DNA from: a virus
Reading direction: 5' to 3' (one strand)
IMG/VR virus record: IMGVR_UViG_3300027976_000028
Span: 2,055 to 66,054 of that record
Length of the DNA: 64,000 nucleotides
Shown: piece after piece, positions 58,023-64,000 of the stretch
Position numbering within the stretch: position 1 is the first letter of the stretch
Layout of the letters: each line of letters opens with the position of its first letter
Position numbers and translations under genes: made by a program
The notes under the pieces: model-generated
The model's database searches: none
What the model was told of the DNA's origin: nothing
The model's input: only the letters and a program-made list of their open reading frames with translations

Positions 58023-58549
58023 TTACTACTTTCAAATAGCACACACGCATGTTCGAATGAATATTGCTGCTGAACACTCCAGCTAAGAATAACTCTATTA
58101 GATATGCCGCGGTTAATAACTTCATGCGGAATTAAATTGTTAATAAGTGTTGGATGTAGTAACACAAATCTAAAAATTTCAGTCACTGGAGATCGCACTA
58201 AATTGTACACACGGGCTGCATCGTATTCTAACTCTACATTGTCTTCTAACTTGTAAAATATAGTATCTGACTCTTCTGTTCCACTTATAGGAATGTTAAA
58301 GGCACAATTTCTAGCTGCATCTATATGCAATGGAATACCTTTGCCACTATGAATAGTATATATATTGTATAACTCGCTAAGGAATGGAAACTGATCTCTA
58401 ATAGAGGTCATGTAATGGTCATCTTTTACTCTACGTTGATGTGGGGCCAACCCCACTTGCGATTTAAATTGTTCGTCGAAAACTAATGTTCTAATATACT
58501 CTATGTCTAATTCTACATCAGGTGCATAGATAAGATTGGTACTGTTCAT
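58019..58549 (-). CDS. 2OG-Fe(II) oxygenase-like protein
   Basis: IPLHIDAAR..NIPI; NNLIPHEVIN; RVILSW; leaderless start. Confidence 0.65.
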   Translation of the reverse strand: MNSTNLIYAPDVELDIEYIRTLVFDEQFKSQVGLAPHQRRVKDDHYMTSIRDQFPFLSELYNIYTIHSGKGIPLHIDAARNCAFNIPISGTEESDTIFYKLEDNVELEYDAARVYNLVRSPVTEIFRFVLLHPTLINNLIPHEVINRGISNRVILSWSVQQQYSFEHACVLFESSK

Positions 58550-58565
58550 ACAATTATTTATACGT

Positions 58566-58979
58566 TTATTGAATGACTGCTAGTCTAATTCCTTTGGATT
58601 TAAGGCGTTCTTCCCATGCAAAGAATGTTGCTCCGTGCGTCATAACACCCTGATAATCCCATTCGTATTGATGTACCATTTCGTGAGCAACGACTCTGAT
58701 TAGCTTCTTTATGTTTGGAAATTGTTTTTCTATGCGGATTACTACAGTATAATGCTTGCCCCATCGTGAACCACGTTGCCATCCTTCGCATTCGCCCCAA
58801 ATGCCACGTTTAGTGTAACTGCGGACGACAATTTTTGGCATGGTCAACATCCCATTAAAAACTGCATTGTTAACAGCATTGTATATTGATATTACCATAT
58901 CAGCCGTGACAACTGTTGGTGACTTGTTGCCTTGTTTATCGGCATACTTAACAAGCGTATTTAACTGGAGCTTTGCCAT
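58566..58979 (-). CDS. SprT-like zinc metalloprotease
   Basis: VVAHEMVHQY HExxH and downstream HGATF. Confidence 0.85.
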   Translation of the reverse strand: MAKLQLNTLVKYADKQGNKSPTVVTADMVISIYNAVNNAVFNGMLTMPKIVVRSYTKRGIWGECEGWQRGSRWGKHYTVVIRIEKQFPNIKKLIRVVAHEMVHQYEWDYQGVMTHGATFFAWEERLKSKGIRLAVIQ

Positions 58980-59050
58980 AAATCCCCCTGGTTATTGCGA
59001 ACGCTCTATTTAGTTATTAAACAAATTTCTTGAACTGCTTGCTTAATACC

Positions 59051-59674
59051 CTATACAGGCATAAGCATCAATACTTGATTAATTTCGTCCCAATTATTGA
59101 AGCGTCGAATAGTCAGATCATCTACGTCCCTATTCCACGGGTGGTCAATTAGAAATGTTGCATGTCCAGCACTTGCACTTGCCCTTGCAGTTGCTTCGGT
59201 GGCTGTCACACACACTGCATTTTCGTGTTCTTTGAGCAATGGATATAGTTTTGTTGTTTTATCAACCACTACTAAATCTCGGAATACGTTTGGGAAAACA
59301 AGTTCAAGATTAGCACGTTTTAGTATCGCACGATGCAAAGCACCATGAGCGCGGCTATAACCAATAATGTACCACCCTTGTTTATGCAGGCTTGGTAACA
59401 CTGCTTGGGAGTTTAGTATTGGATACGTGGCACCCCATTGCCACGATTCTGAGAGAAATTCGTGGTTCCATAAGGCTGCAAGTTCTTCTGGTACGCCAAG
59501 CCATGCTCCAAGGTGCTCTCGTAGCAACAACGGGGTGTTTGTAGCATTGCTAAGCCTGTTAAGACTATGCAGCCATTTTACTAATGCACCAACGGTATCA
59601 ACGCAAGTGTCATCTAAATCAATAATTAGCTTACGAGGTATGTCATTGATTGCATTAGCCTGCAAGTTCAACAC
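59051..59674 (-). CDS. HAD-superfamily 5'(3')-deoxyribonucleotidase-like protein
   Basis: IIDLDDTCVD motif I; HPWNR..RFNNWDEI. Confidence 0.7.
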   Translation of the reverse strand: MLNLQANAINDIPRKLIIDLDDTCVDTVGALVKWLHSLNRLSNATNTPLLLREHLGAWLGVPEELAALWNHEFLSESWQWGATYPILNSQAVLPSLHKQGWYIIGYSRAHGALHRAILKRANLELVFPNVFRDLVVVDKTTKLYPLLKEHENAVCVTATEATARASASAGHATFLIDHPWNRDVDDLTIRRFNNWDEINQVLMLMPV

Positions 59675-59975
59675 TTACGCCCAATGGGTGACCATTCGTT
59701 CGAGCAATCTGCGTTGATTCCATTGCCTTTTGTTCAGCAACTTCGTAACTATAGACTCCGGCAGTGCCTTTGCCTTGTTGATGAACCTGTAACATAATTT
59801 GGACCGCTGCTTCTTGGTCGCGATGGAATATAACTTTTAACAGTTCGATTACAAATTCCATTGGTGTTGCATTATCATTTAGGACCACTACGCGAAATCG
59901 CTCTGGTTCTTTAACACCAATTACGTTGTTGGTTTTCTTAATTGTTTCGGTATCAGTAGTCATTATATCTTCCAT
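59655..59975 (-). CDS. clpS: Clp adaptor ClpS
   Basis: VVVLNDNATPMEFVIELL..MLQVHQQGKG.AG.YSYEVAE.K..HPL. Confidence 0.95.
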   Translation of the reverse strand: MEDIMTTDTETIKKTNNVIGVKEPERFRVVVLNDNATPMEFVIELLKVIFHRDQEAAVQIMLQVHQQGKGTAGVYSYEVAEQKAMESTQIARTNGHPLGVSVELAG

Positions 59976-60050
59976 GTTGTTACATACTATTTAGTTTGGG
60001 AATCACTATAATATAGTGACACTTAATTGTACAACAAAAACGTTGCAATG

Positions 60051-60302
60051 TCAATACATTCTTTTTAATGCTCCAAGACCGTTTGACGCTACTTGTTTGA
60101 GCCACCTGCAACGTGCTTTGCTTTTTGCAACTTTTCGAGCCATAGTTGGCTTAATAAACGCCTCGCGTTCCTTGAGTTCCTCAAGTAACCCATTATCTTC
60201 AATTTTATTCTTAAACTTGCGCAATGCTTTCTCTAAATTGCCATCTTGGACTATTACTATTGTACCCTTCTTTCGGGTATTTTTATTTGGATTGTCTCTC
60301 AT
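60051..60302 (-). CDS. rpsU: 30S ribosomal protein S21
   Basis: VIVQDGNLEKALRKFKNKI..ELKEREAFIKPT..RK..K..A. Confidence 0.88.
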   Translation of the reverse strand: MRDNPNKNTRKKGTIVIVQDGNLEKALRKFKNKIEDNGLLEELKEREAFIKPTMARKVAKSKARCRWLKQVASNGLGALKRMY

Positions 60303-60307
60303 GTATT

Positions 60308-61534
60308 TTATGCTGCCGTTATATTTGTAAACACCTTGACAGGCGAGTGGTCTTCCACTGTTGTCGCAGTAATTATACACTTACTTAACCCTTCTGCTGC
60401 TAATTCTGGTAGATTAAACTGAATATCCAACAAAATTGTTTCAATAATGTTCCTCAACCCACGAGCGCCTGTTTTCTTAGCAATACTTTTCTCTGCAATA
60501 GCAATACGTGCTTCATGAGTGAATTCTAACTCAACACCATCCATCTTAAATATCGCTGTAAACTCTTTCTCAATGCTATCTTCGGGCTCACACATAATAC
60601 GAACAAGGTCTTCGGCAAGTAATGTATCAAGGGCAGCAATAACTGGAATACGTCCCATAAACTCAGGAATCATTCCAAATTTAACAAAGTCCTCGGGCTC
60701 TACATTGGCAATCCAATGATCAGTTTTTATATCGGCAGTGCCAATCTCTGCACCAAATCCAATCTTTATACCACCGGTCATACGTTTCTTGACTTGCTCG
60801 TCAAGACCAATGAATGCGCCGCCCAATATGAATAAGATATTCTTTGTATTGACTACATTAGTGGCACCAGCTGGATGTTTTCTTCCACCAGTAACCGGGA
60901 CACGACATTCGGTACCTTCAATAAGTTTTAACAATGCCTGCTGTACGCCTTCGCCACTTACGTCTCGGCTAATGCTGGCACTTTCACTCTTACGACCCTT
61001 CTTATCAATTTCGTCAATGTAGATGATACCACTCTCTGCCTTCTTAATATCACCATCTGCACTTTGCAGTAAACGGTGGATGACACTTTCGACGTCATCA
61101 CCTACATACCCAGATTCAGTTAATGTAGTAGCGTCGGCCATTGCAAACGGGACGTTGATTCTCTCGGCAAGCTTTTTGGCAAGTAAAGTCTTACCGCTAC
61201 CAGATGGTCCCACTAACAATACATTACTTTTCTTAATAAGATCGTTGTCGCTACCTTGACTAAGTCGTTTATAGTGATTACGTACAGCTACACTTAATTG
61301 ACGCTTAGCCATATGCTGCCCAATAATGAATCGGTCAAGGTATGTCTTAATTTCCAACGGAGTAGTAGCATCGTCAAATGTAGAAGGTGCTGTTCCTTTA
61401 TTGGTGGACAATGCTTCTAAACATAAGTTGATGCAAGAATTGCATATATATGCGCTATCGCCGGCAATTAGCGCATCAACTTCGTCTCTGTGTTTATTAC
61501 AGAAACTACATACAAGATTTTGTACTTTATCCAA
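60308..61534 (-). CDS. clpX: ATP-dependent Clp protease ATP-binding subunit ClpX
   Basis: CSFC..ICNSC zinc finger, [32 protein letters not shown] loop, GARGLR. Confidence 0.96.
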   Translation of the reverse strand: MDKVQNLVCSFCNKHRDEVDALIAGDSAYICNSCINLCLEALSTNKGTAPSTFDDATTPLEIKTYLDRFIIGQHMAKRQLSVAVRNHYKRLSQGSDNDLIKKSNVLLVGPSGSGKTLLAKKLAERINVPFAMADATTLTESGYVGDDVESVIHRLLQSADGDIKKAESGIIYIDEIDKKGRKSESASISRDVSGEGVQQALLKLIEGTECRVPVTGGRKHPAGATNVVNTKNILFILGGAFIGLDEQVKKRMTGGIKIGFGAEIGTADIKTDHWIANVEPEDFVKFGMIPEFMGRIPVIAALDTLLAEDLVRIMCEPEDSIEKEFTAIFKMDGVELEFTHEARIAIAEKSIAKKTGARGLRNIIETILLDIQFNLPELAAEGLSKCIITATTVEDHSPVKVFTNITAA

Positions 61535-61949
61535 AACTAGACTCCAAAAGATTGCTAAGTGATGCTATGTCAGAGAATGACGGGATTTGAATTGCATGTA
61601 GCAATGTAATGAACTCATCATTTCCGGGCTTTACATAGAAGACGACTGGGTGCTCTAATTTACACATCGCCAATGCCATGCGAATTTCATGCTCTGAGCA
61701 TGTTGACATATCAACAATAACAAGCTGACAATTATCAACAACATGCCAATACCAGATCCATGCCTTGGGATCTGGGTGTCCAGATTCGTTAGCATAAAAG
61801 GTAAGTTGATCGGATTGTACCCCTTCTTCGACCATCTCAATTACTTCATCTTGCCATGCTTTGTCATTGCTAACAAGGCAGATGCTTAGTCCGCTTGCGG
61901 GAATGTGTAATGTAGGTGGACTAACCACATATACGTTTGAATCTTTCAA
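61527..61949 (-). CDS. Hypothetical protein
   Basis: 140-aa coupled ORF with AAGGA SD. Confidence 0.65.
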   Translation of the reverse strand: MKDSNVYVVSPPTLHIPASGLSICLVSNDKAWQDEVIEMVEEGVQSDQLTFYANESGHPDPKAWIWYWHVVDNCQLVIVDMSTCSEHEIRMALAMCKLEHPVVFYVKPGNDEFITLLHAIQIPSFSDIASLSNLLESSFG

Positions 61950-61958
61950 AATAGTCCT

Positions 61959-63071
61959 TTAATTATCTTTCTTTGGCAACACTGCTGAAAACCAACTTTG
62001 GCCCCTATTCCTCTTTGTAAGTTCTTCTGTCACTGTTTTGACGGTACTTGTTGGCGCTATAACTTCTTCAGCATTACTTATTGGTCGGAACGCCTCGTCT
62101 GCAACCGCTTCCTTCTCCACCAATGAGAGTTCATTGACCGCGGCATCCCATTCTTTGTTGGTAATTTCCATTGACTCTGTTTGCGGTACTTGCTCATCGT
62201 AGACAGATATTGGCACCAAGGGCGCTATAGTTGCTGCCAGTTTAACATCCTCCACTGCCGGCTCTTCTTCTCGTTTTGGTCTTGCAATGATCTTGTTATG
62301 AGACCACCGCCATGTCATGCTACCTGCAATAACAAGCAACACTGCCACCGGATCAAATACTATAATCAATAAGATAATAACAACCGTAACTGCTTTCTCA
62401 AGAAGATTCTGATCAGGATTATCGCCATATATAAACTTAGCGATATATTTGATTGGTCCTACGTCGGCTTCAACTTTTCGTAGTTCAGCACGTATAGGAG
62501 CGACCTGCTCATTTACTGTAACAATAATCTTTTGATTGGCTTCAATATCTTTTGCAAGAGCAGTACGATCACGCTGCTGCGACCTACGGATATTATTTGA
62601 CCTTGCTGCTCCACGCTCGTCTTTGCTTCGCCCCATTACTTGGTCAACCGCCTCATCCATTTGTTTAAGTTGTTTGCGATTACTTTCAATATTATCTTTG
62701 GCAGTTTTTAGTTTCTCATCATACACTGCAATTCTACTAATCACGTCGCCACTTATTAAGTTTTGATCAGCATGGCCTTTACTTAGATAACCAAAGATAC
62801 CAAGACTAGTAACCACCATAAGAATAACAACTGCCCCACTTAGATAAATTTTGAGAAATGTTGGAATACGCGCCCAATAGTTATACAGCCAACTTGCAGT
62901 AACAAGTTTTGCCACCTCCAATATAGATCCCATGATTGCAACTGATATGGGCATTGCTGCAAAGATTGTCATTAGTCCAACTATGGAGTAATACGCCGCA
63001 GTTGAACTAAGTGCCAATGCTGTTGCCAGGATTAGCACTGCCATGTATTTTGTATTTGATATATGCATCAT
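61959..63071 (-). CDS. Membrane protein with coiled coil (DUF4407-like architecture)
   Basis: Three N-terminal TM helices, coiled coil, further TM, acidic tail. Confidence 0.75.
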   Translation of the reverse strand: MMHISNTKYMAVLILATALALSSTAAYYSIVGLMTIFAAMPISVAIMGSILEVAKLVTASWLYNYWARIPTFLKIYLSGAVVILMVVTSLGIFGYLSKGHADQNLISGDVISRIAVYDEKLKTAKDNIESNRKQLKQMDEAVDQVMGRSKDERGAARSNNIRRSQQRDRTALAKDIEANQKIIVTVNEQVAPIRAELRKVEADVGPIKYIAKFIYGDNPDQNLLEKAVTVVIILLIIVFDPVAVLLVIAGSMTWRWSHNKIIARPKREEEPAVEDVKLAATIAPLVPISVYDEQVPQTESMEITNKEWDAAVNELSLVEKEAVADEAFRPISNAEEVIAPTSTVKTVTEELTKRNRGQSWFSAVLPKKDN

Positions 63072-63409
63072 TCGTCCTCTTCTTCGTCAACTTGAAAACT
63101 AGTTGCGAGTCCTTGTTCTACTAGTGCTTCATTTAGATTTAATCCTGGTTCGCCGGCTTCGTTGGCGATGTACGCCCATCCTAATACGCGGCCAAGCTTT
63201 GCACGTTTCGTAATAATGGGTTCGATTATAAATCCATCTTTGCACAATTCAATCAGCACTGTCCGAACGTTTGCATCTTGCCCGCACGAAGACACGCCAA
63301 ACAATCTAATTTTCTGACGGGTATATACATTAAAACCTAGATCTAGTTCTACGTCAAGCGTGTCAGTGCCGCGTATTTCTAATAATCTAGCTTGATATAA
63401 TTTTTTCAT
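63068..63409 (-). CDS. Thermonuclease (SNase)-like protein
   Basis: GTDTLDVELDLGF..IRLFGV..GRVLGW..LNEALVEQGLA. Confidence 0.65.
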   Translation of the reverse strand: MKKLYQARLLEIRGTDTLDVELDLGFNVYTRQKIRLFGVSSCGQDANVRTVLIELCKDGFIIEPIITKRAKLGRVLGWAYIANEAGEPGLNLNEALVEQGLATSFQVDEEEDE

Positions 63410-64000
63410 TTTGCCTCTTTTGGTCTTACTCGATAAAACACATGGTTTCCAATTTTGAGCACGGAAGATTTAACTCTTCTCCAGCCCGGTTGAAATACAA
63501 TATACGTTGCATGAAAATACGTTGCCCCATTGGTTGGATCCTTAATGTAATGATCGCCATTTAATATTAGCAATGCTATGCCAACCGCCTGTTCCCACAT
63601 ATCTCCAAATGGCTTGCTAATATTAGTGCCAACCCATGAAAACTGTCCCTTAGCTTTTACAACTCCGCATATCGTACTTGCATATCCTTCATCAAGTCTA
63701 TTTACCGTTACCTTCGCCACTGCAACCTGTCCAAGCAAACTCTCTCCCCTGCTCTCAAAGTAAATATTCTCGGCTAAACACCGTACTTGCTTGTCAGCTA
63801 TTGCAGTTTTCATACCGCCACTATCTTCAATGCTAGTGCTCAATAGCCGACGAAGCCGTTGATCAGTGGTTTCATTTCCATATGCAGGTGCGTAGCCAAT
63901 AAGCTGCACCGTTTCAAATTCCTTTGATATTTCAGCCATTGCTGTTGATACTGCAAGGGCCACCATTACTATTACAATGACAATTTTAAATAGTACCCGT
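63406..64000 (-). CDS. SleB-like cell wall hydrolase (5' end outside window)
   Basis: CLAENIYFESRGES..AVAKVTVNR..QFSW..GATYFHA..IGNHVFY; frame open to the window edge. Confidence 0.92.
   Translation of the reverse strand, partial: RVLFKIVIVIVMVALAVSTAMAEISKEFETVQLIGYAPAYGNETTDQRLRRLLSTSIEDSGGMKTAIADKQVRCLAENIYFESRGESLLGQVAVAKVTVNRLDEGYASTICGVVKAKGQFSWVGTNISKPFGDMWEQAVGIALLILNGDHYIKDPTNGATYFHATYIVFQPGWRRVKSSVLKIGNHVFYRVRPKEAK

Noticed and set aside
219-63763. Numerous 60-200-aa ORFs antisense to or nested in larger genes (e.g. 1014..1475, 9160..9555, 28336..28878, 32579..33058, 35424..36035)
   Set aside because: Shadow frames without SD or promoter support and without recognisable motifs
1-64000. 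Genome-wide stop-codon reassignment (TAG or TGA)
   Set aside because: ORFs of 700-1577 aa are intact under the standard code and several genes end plausibly in TAG or TGA; only one isolated internal TAG was seen

Overview
A 64-kb, AT-rich, densely coding segment of a large (probably jumbo) tailed-phage genome with T4-like transcription signals. The evidence is a TAAATA late-promoter motif before many genes, near-consensus sigma70 promoters (TTGACA-N17-TATAAT) before early or accessory genes, a gp44-like clamp loader, PhoH, a GH19 endolysin, a spanin pair and virion fibre genes. It also carries host-like ClpA, ClpS, ClpX, DnaJ, GroES-like, IF-1, ribosomal protein S21, ErpA/IscA, QueD and TraR/DksA genes; a proteobacterial, probably betaproteobacterial, host is inferred. 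Main observations: (1) about 11 genes between 1.5 and 25 kb begin with T4 capsid-targeting-like leaders ending in [LIV]-x-E, and three large ORFs are strings of modules punctuated by that motif, suggesting protease-matured packaged effector polyproteins (ART-like, GNAT, ParB-like, nucleotidyltransferase, phospholipase A2, kinase, nuclease, amidoligase); (2) three copies of a ~75-bp promoter/hairpin/RBS cassette drive one intact and two internally deleted GIY-YIG/NUMOD3 endonucleases, always antisense to their neighbours; (3) many late genes appear leaderless, and two have the promoter in the loop of an SD-sequestering hairpin; (4) several candidate structured RNAs; (5) a 2OG-Fe(II) oxygenase/QueC-like cluster and a collagen with Pro only at Yaa. 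No tRNA, rRNA or CRISPR array was seen. All family assignments are from motif recognition by eye, not database searches.
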